Source of the DNA: Escherichia phage AV126
Sequence record: OR352956.1
Length of the DNA: 64,000 bases
Strand: one strand, 5' to 3'
In this document: one piece after another, positions 1 to 7,977 of the stretch
How the letters are laid out: every line of letters starts with the position of its first letter
Position numbering within the stretch: the stretch's first letter is position 1
Made by a program: the position numbers and the translations under genes
Notes under the pieces: generated by a model
The model's database searches: none
The model's input: the letters and a program-made list of their open reading frames with translations, nothing else
What the model was told of the DNA's origin: nothing

Positions 1-2
1 CA

Positions 3-548
3 GGTGGTATTGGAGCTATTGTAGGGACAACTGGCAAAGTTTATTACTTAGAGCCTAACCCTAGCCGAAACATTGATGGGATGCATTTCCCAACAGGGAA
101 GGAGTTTGACAAAGGGGATATGATAGTCAAAGCGGATAATACGTTCTTCCTTGTAACAACAAGTGGGGCATACATTCCAGATATCCCAGCTTTCGGTATT
201 CGAGCTACACAGGCAGGAGATACCTTCCTGACACAGAACTTGACTCCTAACGGGACAGCAACAAACGCTTCTTGGTTGTATCACTATCCTCTGTCAGCAG
301 GAACACGTATCCGTATTCCTGGTGCTGGTGTAGGTGGAGCAGATTTGGACACAGTTATTACTCGTGCACCTTATCAAGATAATGATACGTGGACTAACCC
401 AGTTAAAATAGACATTGCAGATCCAATTGTAACGCCTACGAGTGCTGGAGTTAGAATCAAAACCATACCTAACGATTCTAGTAATGTTTCTGTAGGTAAT
501 ACTGCGGTTATTCGCCCAACACCAGTGGTAGATGTGCCAACAACCTAA
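3..548 (+). CDS. structural/tail-associated protein, C-terminal part (5' end lies outside window)
   Basis: Frame open from window edge to stop at 546-548; Thr/Asn/Ser/Gly-rich sequence immediately upstream of fibre genes. Confidence 0.5.
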   Translation, partial: GGIGAIVGTTGKVYYLEPNPSRNIDGMHFPTGKEFDKGDMIVKADNTFFLVTTSGAYIPDIPAFGIRATQAGDTFLTQNLTPNGTATNASWLYHYPLSAGTRIRIPGAGVGGADLDTVITRAPYQDNDTWTNPVKIDIADPIVTPTSAGVRIKTIPNDSSNVSVGNTAVIRPTPVVDVPTT

Positions 549-556
549 TGGAAATA

Positions 557-585
557 GAGAGGGGGGATTCCCCCCTCTTCTTCCA
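557..585 (+). terminator. hairpin GAGGGGGG-att-CCCCCCTC followed by TCTTCC
   Basis: GC stem-loop just after stop codon; weak T tract. Confidence 0.45.
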
Positions 586-614
586 ATAGAATGGTCTAAT
601 AATAGGAGAGATAA

Positions 615-2639
615 ATGAATTTAACAAGACCTAATAGTGCGATAGCCGATCTGGTAGAAGCTACTTATCGAAAACGTCGCAGTTTTGAGGCAGGTTTTAC
701 ATTACGTAATTCCCGTGAAGTTTTGCTGTTAGCGGCAGAAGGGAATTATTACCAATGGAAAGGAACTTTTCCTAAAGTAGTTCCAGCAAACTCTACGCCA
801 GCCACCACAGGCGGTATTTCTTCCCTTGCATGGCAAAGTGTTGGGACCGCTGATGATATAGCAATTATCAATGCCAAGTTTACGGCAATGCAGCAACAGA
901 TTGATGATCTGTCGGAAACAATACCTGAAGCTGGTAAATCGGCTTATCAGATCGCACTTGATAATGGTTTTGTTGGAACAGAAGCACAATGGCTTGCTTC
1001 TTTGAAAGGGGATACTGGTGCTCAACTTAATATTAAAGGATCGTTAGCAAGCACTAGTGAACTACCATCTACAGGTAACGTTGCAGGGGATGGTTATATC
1101 GTAGGCGATGTGATTTACGCTTGGGACGGTTCTGTTTGGAAACTTATTTCTTCTCTTGGACCAGAAGGGAAATCAGCTTACGAGGTATGGTTGGCAGATG
1201 GTAATACAGGATCTGTTTATGACTTTCTTGCCTCTATAAAAGGTGATAAAGGAGACGTTGGTCCTACAGGTCCACAGGGTGCACCTGGTGTCAACGCTAA
1301 TGGTTTTGATTACCGTGGAGATTTGCCTTCTACAAGTAACTTACCACAACCTAACTCTGAAAACGTAAGCCAAGCTTATTCTATTAATGGTAATCTTTAT
1401 GTCTCTAATGGGACAGCTTGGGTCAACATGGGTAATATTGTTGGTCCTCAAGGTCCACAAGGTGAGGCAGGTAAAGACGGTCTAGATGGAACAGATGGAG
1501 ACGAAGGGAAATCTGCATATCAAAGTTGGCTGGACGCTGGTAATGAAGGGACAGAAGTAGATTTTATTGCCTCGCTTAAAGGTCCAAAAGGAGACAAGGG
1601 AGAGCAAGGAGAACGAGGACCACAAGGCGAATTAGGTCCACAAGGACCAGTGGGTGCAACAGGATCAGGTTTAGAGATTATCGGGGTTCTGAACAGCGAA
1701 GCTGAACTTCCTCCGACTGGAGAAGTAGGTGACGCATATAAAATTAATAATGATTTGTATGTTTGGGTTCAAGATGCTACGGAATGGATGAATGTTGGTA
1801 GTCTTGGAGGAACATCAATTACAGCTAAAGGTCATGTTCCGAACAGTGAAGCTCTACCTGTTTACAATAACTATGGTGATGCCTACTTAACTGAAGACAC
1901 TAGTAATCTTTACATCTATACCTACGATCAAGACACCAATTCCGCATCTTTTGTTGACATGGGAAGTATTAAAGGCGACAAAGGTGAAAAAGGGGATAAA
2001 GGAGATAAGGGTGATCCTGGAACAAACGGAACCAACGGTACTGATGGGACCAACGGTAAGGACGGCGCACAGTGGTTTGTAGCAACAACTAATCCAGTCG
2101 CAGGAGACGGTGTTATCAATGATTACGCCTTCAATACTACCACTGGAGCAGTGTTTAAGAAAACAGATTCTTCTACGTGGACACTTATAGGAACTCTTCC
2201 TAGTATACCAGAAGCCCCTCAAGACGGCTTGACGTATGGTCGTTCTGATGGAAACTGGATCGAAATATCAGGATCAGATCCTACGGAAGCTATAACACCA
2301 ACTAGAGTTACAGCAGGTTTCATGGAACTTGAAACAACTACTACCAACTCTGGAGCATCTTGGACTCCTTCTGGAACTTCCAATATGTATGTTGTTACAG
2401 TAACTGACGCTCTGACAGTTGGAGCATGGCCTGGTGTCACTGGCTCTACAAAACCTAAAGCGTTTTCAGCAATGATTTATTTGATTCAAGATACAACGGG
2501 ACACACGGTTACACTAGATGCGTCTTATGGAGCACTAAATGATACAGAAATAGCAACTACTGCTAACGCAGTAACAATTTTGCAATTAACGTATCCTGGT
2601 GTGGGTGATATCGTGGACATGGTTGTTGTAACACGATAA
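615..2639 (+). CDS. tail fibre protein with collagen-like Gly-X-Y repeats
   Basis: 674 aa; runs such as GDKGDVGPTGPQGAPG and GDKGEKGDKGDKGDPGTNGTNGTDGTNGKDG; four internal ~60-aa repeats; RBS AGGAGAG before ATG. Confidence 0.75.
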   Translation: MNLTRPNSAIADLVEATYRKRRSFEAGFTLRNSREVLLLAAEGNYYQWKGTFPKVVPANSTPATTGGISSLAWQSVGTADDIAIINAKFTAMQQQIDDLSETIPEAGKSAYQIALDNGFVGTEAQWLASLKGDTGAQLNIKGSLASTSELPSTGNVAGDGYIVGDVIYAWDGSVWKLISSLGPEGKSAYEVWLADGNTGSVYDFLASIKGDKGDVGPTGPQGAPGVNANGFDYRGDLPSTSNLPQPNSENVSQAYSINGNLYVSNGTAWVNMGNIVGPQGPQGEAGKDGLDGTDGDEGKSAYQSWLDAGNEGTEVDFIASLKGPKGDKGEQGERGPQGELGPQGPVGATGSGLEIIGVLNSEAELPPTGEVGDAYKINNDLYVWVQDATEWMNVGSLGGTSITAKGHVPNSEALPVYNNYGDAYLTEDTSNLYIYTYDQDTNSASFVDMGSIKGDKGEKGDKGDKGDPGTNGTNGTDGTNGKDGAQWFVATTNPVAGDGVINDYAFNTTTGAVFKKTDSSTWTLIGTLPSIPEAPQDGLTYGRSDGNWIEISGSDPTEAITPTRVTAGFMELETTTTNSGASWTPSGTSNMYVVTVTDALTVGAWPGVTGSTKPKAFSAMIYLIQDTTGHTVTLDASYGALNDTEIATTANAVTILQLTYPGVGDIVDMVVVTR

Positions 2640-2641
2640 CA

Positions 2642-2668
2642 GAAGCCCCGAAAGGGGCTTTCTTTTTA
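2642..2668 (+). terminator. rho-independent terminator between the two fibre genes
   Basis: GAAGCCCC-gaaa-GGGGCTT followed by TCTTTTTAT. Confidence 0.7.
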
Positions 2669-2680
2669 TGGAGGGTTTAA

Positions 2681-5353
2681 ATGTTTCCAATTCCAATATT
2701 TACTATTATGACCAGCACTGGTGTCGTTCCTCTGCCAGCAGGTATTGTTAAAAAAGTAATCACTTTAGATTACCCAGATAATGCTGGTAATTCTAATAGC
2801 AGTTTAGCAATTTTGCTTAATGATGGCAGATTGTTTACTCAAGGCGCAAACCTTTTTGGTGAGATTGCAGATGGAACTCGTAGTGCACGATTCAATAATT
2901 TCCACTTAGCTTCTACTGTAGTAGCGGATGTGTTTACCGCAGATCGTTGTTTTGTTATTAAAACTAACAGTGGGGGATGGCAATATTCAGGATTGACAGC
3001 AGGGTTAGTAGGATCTATAGCAGCAGGTGGGACGGATGCATGTGTAACTACTTGGACCAGCTTTCCATCTGTAATAACAGGGACTATCTCTTTAGCCAAT
3101 CTTAAAGAGGTTAAGGGAGGATATAACAACACTCTCTGGTTAATGAATAGTGGTGTTCTTTATGGATCGGGTCAAAACACAGTAGGCAGTTTAGGTGCAA
3201 GTACTACTAACGAAGTTTCTACTCCTCGTCAGATAACAAGTGCAGCAGTTGCTTTTGATGCAGGTTACAACCAATGCTCTTATGTCAACAATGTGGGAAC
3301 CTTGCGTGTTTGTGGAGCCAGCAAAGGTTTAGCAGGTAACAATAACACAACAAAAGCTTTTGTAAATGCTACGATATCCACTACTGAAACAGTGTATGTC
3401 AAAGATTACATCAATACCGTTTCCCAGACAATAGTTGTAGGAGATACCTCCGGCGGCACGGGTACAGTAAACTACTTATATGTTAGGTCTAATACAGAAA
3501 CAACCTACACTAAACTGGATACCTTTGCAGCAGGTTTCTCAACATGGAAGTTTCCACCAAGCCGCCACTCTTTTTTCGTTGGGATCAATAATTCCTTGTG
3601 GGCTATTGGTAAGAACTACACTGCAAACTTAGGTTTGGGGTATGATTCTGCGAGCGGAGATCCACTTCAAGTGGGAAAACCAGTTAAACCTGAAGGAGTG
3701 GGTTCCTGGGATATAAACAAGCTCACAAGCGTTCATACGCTGAATATGGATGTTACTAACCAATTAGGTTATCAAGGAACCTTTTTCGTTTATAATGGAG
3801 ATATGTATTATTCCGGTATTTGGAAAGATGGGAAAGCCTCGTATCTGTTCAATAGTGGTCTAAACTATAATAAATTCACACCAATAGCAAGCTCCGTGAT
3901 TACGGGTGATATTCTGGCAACTGGCTTAACTACAGATTCTTTAGGAATTTGTATTGTAGGTGGAACTAAACAGTTGACACATTCTGTTAGCCCAGAAGGA
4001 GGTAAACTTTTCAATATTAAATACACTTCTTCTGCCCCTGCAAACATGACAATATCATCTACTGGTTTAATGACTTTCCATGCAGAAGGTGGTTTTGATG
4101 CAGGTATGACAGCCTTAAACGCTGAAGGAACAACTTTATCAGATACCTCTGGAGGATATGCTTCAACATTGAGTGTTTACACCCCTAGCTTATCTGCGAT
4201 GGATGTAGGAACAACACAAACAATGGTAGCAGAAATAACGCCAACAGGAGCAGCAAGCTTACCTGGTATGGTTGTTGAGTATACAACTACAGATCCTAAT
4301 GTTGCTACAGTAGATCCTACAACTGGTGTAATAACTGGTGTTGGTGATGGTGGTTGTAGAATTGGTTGCACAGCTACGTATCAAGGTGTTGTTACCGCTT
4401 CTGATAGTTCTTATTTAACGGTGAACGCTGTTGCGGGAAAGGAGTTAGCTCCATCTCCGAGTAGTAGTCTAACGGTTCTAAACGGATATTTCAACCACTC
4501 GGCAGATGGGGCAATTACGTTCCCAATTTTATCGGGTACTGTCACACCAGCTAACTTTGTAGTTAAGGTGGATGACGTTGTAATACCTTCAAATAAAGTA
4601 ATATTTAGAAATAAAGCTTTCTCTACAGTGGATAGTTATCCAGCAGGAGAATATAGACTGGCTATTGAATTTGCAAGTGCTTCAGTAGTGAATAGTGTTG
4701 ATGTGTCTATGGAAGCAAATCCAGATCTTTTAGAATTATGGGGCGGCAACAGAATTGGTTATTCTACAAGCCCAGCCTCACAATTCTTAAAAGGTTGTGC
4801 TAACTTAAGACGAATAACTTCTGATTGTTTTAGTAACACATCTTACACCGGAACATCTATAAGTGGTATCTTCTCTGGCTGTACAAGTTTGACAGCTATC
4901 CCTGAAGGATTATTCAGTGATGCTTTATTTCCTTCAATGACAACAATGTCAAGCACGTTTGAAGGTTGTACATCTTTAACATCTATTCCTTCAGATTTAT
5001 TTAAGAATCTATCAAAAGTTACAAGATATTCTTACACCTTTAAAGATTGCACCTCTCTTGCAGAAGTTCCAGCAGGAATGTTTGATAATATTCCAACGAA
5101 AGTGACCTCTTTAACAGCTACATTCCAAGGTTGTTTAGGACTTACAGATTTTAATAAGATCTTTAATGACAACCCAGGGTTAACTGTTTGTGGTAAACGT
5201 GGAGCATTATCTTCTTTCTTTAGTGGATGCACAAATCTTACAGGAACAGGAACAACATTAACAAATACATTAGGCGGAGTAGCTAATAGTTACCTATTCA
5301 GGTATTGCACAAAACTTTCGGATTATAACAACATTCCTTCCGGTTATAAATAA
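2681..5353 (+). CDS. tail fibre/spike protein with Ig-like (Big_2-like) domain and C-terminal BspA-type leucine-rich repeats
   Basis: 890 aa; Ig-like segment PTGAASLPGMVVEYTTTDPNVATVDPTTGVITGVGDGG; repeated FxGCTSLTxIP units near C-terminus. Confidence 0.7.
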   Translation: MFPIPIFTIMTSTGVVPLPAGIVKKVITLDYPDNAGNSNSSLAILLNDGRLFTQGANLFGEIADGTRSARFNNFHLASTVVADVFTADRCFVIKTNSGGWQYSGLTAGLVGSIAAGGTDACVTTWTSFPSVITGTISLANLKEVKGGYNNTLWLMNSGVLYGSGQNTVGSLGASTTNEVSTPRQITSAAVAFDAGYNQCSYVNNVGTLRVCGASKGLAGNNNTTKAFVNATISTTETVYVKDYINTVSQTIVVGDTSGGTGTVNYLYVRSNTETTYTKLDTFAAGFSTWKFPPSRHSFFVGINNSLWAIGKNYTANLGLGYDSASGDPLQVGKPVKPEGVGSWDINKLTSVHTLNMDVTNQLGYQGTFFVYNGDMYYSGIWKDGKASYLFNSGLNYNKFTPIASSVITGDILATGLTTDSLGICIVGGTKQLTHSVSPEGGKLFNIKYTSSAPANMTISSTGLMTFHAEGGFDAGMTALNAEGTTLSDTSGGYASTLSVYTPSLSAMDVGTTQTMVAEITPTGAASLPGMVVEYTTTDPNVATVDPTTGVITGVGDGGCRIGCTATYQGVVTASDSSYLTVNAVAGKELAPSPSSSLTVLNGYFNHSADGAITFPILSGTVTPANFVVKVDDVVIPSNKVIFRNKAFSTVDSYPAGEYRLAIEFASASVVNSVDVSMEANPDLLELWGGNRIGYSTSPASQFLKGCANLRRITSDCFSNTSYTGTSISGIFSGCTSLTAIPEGLFSDALFPSMTTMSSTFEGCTSLTSIPSDLFKNLSKVTRYSYTFKDCTSLAEVPAGMFDNIPTKVTSLTATFQGCLGLTDFNKIFNDNPGLTVCGKRGALSSFFSGCTNLTGTGTTLTNTLGGVANSYLFRYCTKLSDYNNIPSGYK

Positions 5354-5384
5354 GAAAAGGAGCCATTTGGCTCCTTTCTTTTAT
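5354..5384. terminator. bidirectional terminator between convergent genes
   Basis: AAGGAGCC-attt-GGCTCCTT flanked by A run on one side and T run on the other. Confidence 0.7.
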
Positions 5385-5409
5385 AAAAACTCTTTATAAA
5401 TCAATAAGA

Positions 5410-6297
5410 TCAGAACGGAATATCATCATCGAAGTCCATCGGAGGTTCTTCTTGATTACTTGGAGTTGGTTCTGGTTGTGGTTCAGGCTTTTTAACTTCT
5501 TTCTTCTCTTCTTTCTTAGGTTGTTCTGCGGAACCACGAATGGCAGCAGCAACTTTATCAGACAGAGCTAGAACTTTACGAGCAGAATCAATCAGATCTT
5601 CTACAGATACAGTCTTAATGGTATGGTCTTTACAAGCATTGAGGATAGCGTGACCAACAGATGCCCCAAGATCATAATCATTAATATCAACGCCACGAGA
5701 TTCAGCAATTTCAGATTTCAGCGTGACAGTTGCAGATTGAACAACCCCAGCGATATCGAAAGCATCGCCTTTAACACCATTACGAATCAGTTCCAGTGCA
5801 CCATTTACTGCGTGACCAGTTTCCAGACCTACAGTATCACGTTTTTTATAGGACTGTTTAGGAGCAGCATCGTTGGAACCTTTATTGCCAGAAGATTTGT
5901 TAGACTTCTGAACACCATCGGTAGACAATACTGTAATACGAGATTTTTTAGTATTGTAGTAAGTTTTACCGCCTTTATTATCAACGCGATCAATATCAAT
6001 ACTTACTTCTACACCTTTTTCAATAGTGATCCAGTTATCACCTTCTTTAACTTGCAGGTTTTCATAACCTTCTTTCAGTTCAATGTCACCAAGAGAAATC
6101 CAAACACCTTTCTCATCTGGTTTAGCACCTTTCTCTTTCAGAACAAGAGAAGCTCGGTGAGTTGAAACAATCGTTTTTCCTTCCCAATGAAAAGTTTTAG
6201 GTTCAGCGAATTTATCCAGTTTAACGTAGTCTACGATACCAGTTGCATAAGTTACGGTTTTGCCTTTACGATCAGTTTCAGTATTAATTACGGACAT
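5410..6297 (-). CDS. ssb: single-stranded DNA-binding-like protein with bacterial SSB C-terminal tail
   Basis: 295 aa ending EEPPMDFDDDIPF, matching the E. coli SSB C-terminal tip; Lys-rich linker; adjacent to replication genes. Confidence 0.6.
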   Translation of the reverse strand: MSVINTETDRKGKTVTYATGIVDYVKLDKFAEPKTFHWEGKTIVSTHRASLVLKEKGAKPDEKGVWISLGDIELKEGYENLQVKEGDNWITIEKGVEVSIDIDRVDNKGGKTYYNTKKSRITVLSTDGVQKSNKSSGNKGSNDAAPKQSYKKRDTVGLETGHAVNGALELIRNGVKGDAFDIAGVVQSATVTLKSEIAESRGVDINDYDLGASVGHAILNACKDHTIKTVSVEDLIDSARKVLALSDKVAAAIRGSAEQPKKEEKKEVKKPEPQPEPTPSNQEEPPMDFDDDIPF

Positions 6298-6313
6298 TAT
6301 TATCTCCTCTACA

Positions 6314-6706
6314 TTACATTAATTTTGCACAGAAAGAGCGGAGTCTTTCCATATCATCTTGCTCTAACAGGTATTTACCTTTACCTATTCCAACTCCAAT
6401 TTCACCATTAGGAAAATGAACTATTTGCACTGGGAAACCTCCGAGTTTAATTGTGGCAGCTTTGCCTTCTTCGTCTATAACGTTTCGGATTGTATCTTGC
6501 AGTGAAATGAATTCTTTGTTTGTAACAGTGGTTTCAATTATTTCAGATGTTTCAACACGAGCAGTTAGCTTCTTGTTTCCACCTTGAATAACCAAAATTT
6601 GAAAATAAAAAGAGTTGTCAAGACCTACAACATTTTTCTCAACTAGTGTTAAACTGGTATAATTTCCATAAACAGTTTCAACAGCTATCTTAGAACGTTC
6701 AGTCAT
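6314..6706 (-). CDS. hypothetical protein
   Basis: 130-aa ORF packed in minus-strand operon. Confidence 0.45.
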   Translation of the reverse strand: MTERSKIAVETVYGNYTSLTLVEKNVVGLDNSFYFQILVIQGGNKKLTARVETSEIIETTVTNKEFISLQDTIRNVIDEEGKAATIKLGGFPVQIVHFPNGEIGVGIGKGKYLLEQDDMERLRSFCAKLM

Positions 6707-6751
6707 TGAATGCTATCCTATCATAAAATGTTTAATATTGTCAAGCTTTAA

Positions 6752-7348
6752 TTACCAAGGAATATCATCTTCTTCTTCCGATTTGGTATCTACTTGAGGC
6801 GGACGTGGAACATTAACCTCTTTAACAAAGCGAAGATATGGGAAACGCGTAGCGATTTTAATAACATGTTTGGCATCTTCTCTAACATCTTTGTGCAAGA
6901 AGCAGATCCCTGTTTCCAAAGTTGTTTCAAAATCTTTAGAGTAATAACAATCCTTTCCATCAAATGCAGCCTGGCAGATGGACAGATCAAACTCATTCAG
7001 AAAGGTTGTCATTACATTTGGGTCCATAATCATAAGGTTGCAAAGCTGACCATCACGTTCAAATTCAAAAACGTGTTTAAGACCAGTAACACCCTCGTAG
7101 TTATCCGAAGCCTCTTTGTTTCCTAGTTTACGAATATTAGTTCCCATCAAAGCAGATGCAATCAAGTCTTGTATTTGCTCTTCTGATCGATGTGCAGGAA
7201 GAGACGTGTAAAAATCCAGATCACGTCCAGCAATATCAAGAATACGCCAATCACGAACAGCACCGCCAGCCAAGACAGAATTAGGATCAGCGATCTTTAA
7301 TACGGTAAGAATTTCTTTGGCAATATTGATTTGTTTTGATTTAGTCAT
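6752..7348 (-). CDS. nucleotidyltransferase-fold protein with SSB-tail-like C-terminus
   Basis: 198 aa; GGAVRD...LDIAGRDLDF resembles Pol-beta superfamily GS/DxD head; C-terminus EEEDDIPW. Confidence 0.5.
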   Translation of the reverse strand: MTKSKQINIAKEILTVLKIADPNSVLAGGAVRDWRILDIAGRDLDFYTSLPAHRSEEQIQDLIASALMGTNIRKLGNKEASDNYEGVTGLKHVFEFERDGQLCNLMIMDPNVMTTFLNEFDLSICQAAFDGKDCYYSKDFETTLETGICFLHKDVREDAKHVIKIATRFPYLRFVKEVNVPRPPQVDTKSEEEDDIPW

Positions 7349-7559
7349 TGATACGCTCCACAGTTACTTTAACAATATCGTCCATATTAATCTCATCTCC
7401 CAAGACTTCAATAACACCTTCCTCATAAAGTCGAGCACATTCTTCCCATACTTCTGCTTCCGTCATTCCACCTTCAATCTTATTTGCAAGACCTTTAATA
7501 ACATCTTCATTTTGTTCATCAATAAGAATTGAAACATTAAAGCTCACTAGTTTACGCAT
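7341..7559 (-). CDS. hypothetical protein
   Basis: 72-aa ORF, overlaps upstream stop by 8 nt. Confidence 0.4.
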   Translation of the reverse strand: MRKLVSFNVSILIDEQNEDVIKGLANKIEGGMTEAEVWEECARLYEEGVIEVLGDEINMDDIVKVTVERIND

Positions 7560-7569
7560 TGTTTTCTCC

Positions 7570-7737
7570 TTATACCTCTAAATGGAAAGTTTCTTTAGAT
7601 ACAAAATCGTATCCACCTTTTTCAAGCCAGTCATTGTAAACCTCATCGGCTTGAGACTCTATCATAAAATACCGAGTGGTAACTTCGTCTCCGACAATAC
7701 GCACAATTTTATAGCAAATCATGATACCATTTCCCAT
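7570..7737 (-). CDS. hypothetical small protein
   Basis: 55-aa ORF not in track; ATG shares one base with upstream TAA (TAATG). Confidence 0.3.
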   Translation of the reverse strand: MGNGIMICYKIVRIVGDEVTTRYFMIESQADEVYNDWLEKGGYDFVSKETFHLEV

Positions 7738-7928
7738 TAATCTTCCTCCAGATCAATTTCATTATAGCAATGTATGCAGTAGCCATCGTTGTGCATATGC
7801 TGTTCATAAGACATATCTTTACCACAAGACCAACAACGAATATCACCATCGTCCCATTCACGTTCTTCTTCGCCTTCAAATGCATCTGGTAGGTAAGGCA
7901 TACCAAGACAATGTAAATCGTAATGCAT
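7737..7928 (-). CDS. small zinc-ribbon protein
   Basis: Start re-set to ATG after RBS AGGAGGAG; CWSC...CIHC four-Cys pattern; track ORF extended into polymerase 3' end. Confidence 0.45.
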   Translation of the reverse strand: MHYDLHCLGMPYLPDAFEGEEEREWDDGDIRCWSCGKDMSYEQHMHNDGYCIHCYNEIDLEED

Positions 7929-7935
7929 ATCTCCT

Positions 7936-7960
7936 CCTATAAAGGGGCAGAAGCCCCTTA
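7936..7960 (-). terminator. hairpin after polymerase gene
   Basis: AAGGGGC-agaa-GCCCCTT then TTTAT on minus strand. Confidence 0.5.
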
Positions 7961-7977
7961 TAAAACAATATGTTAGA

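Noticed and set aside
615-2639. Collagen-like Gly-X-Y repeats as a sign of eukaryotic contamination
   Set aside because: The repeats are embedded in a phage fibre gene with a bacterial RBS and terminator; collagen-like tracts are common in phage fibres.
729-4371. Minus-strand ORFs inside the tail-fibre genes (729-1025, 1887-2222, 1928-2119, 2219-2440, 2839-3132, 3865-4047, 4177-4371)
   Set aside because: Antisense to long, well-supported genes, no RBS, composition mirrors the sense frame.
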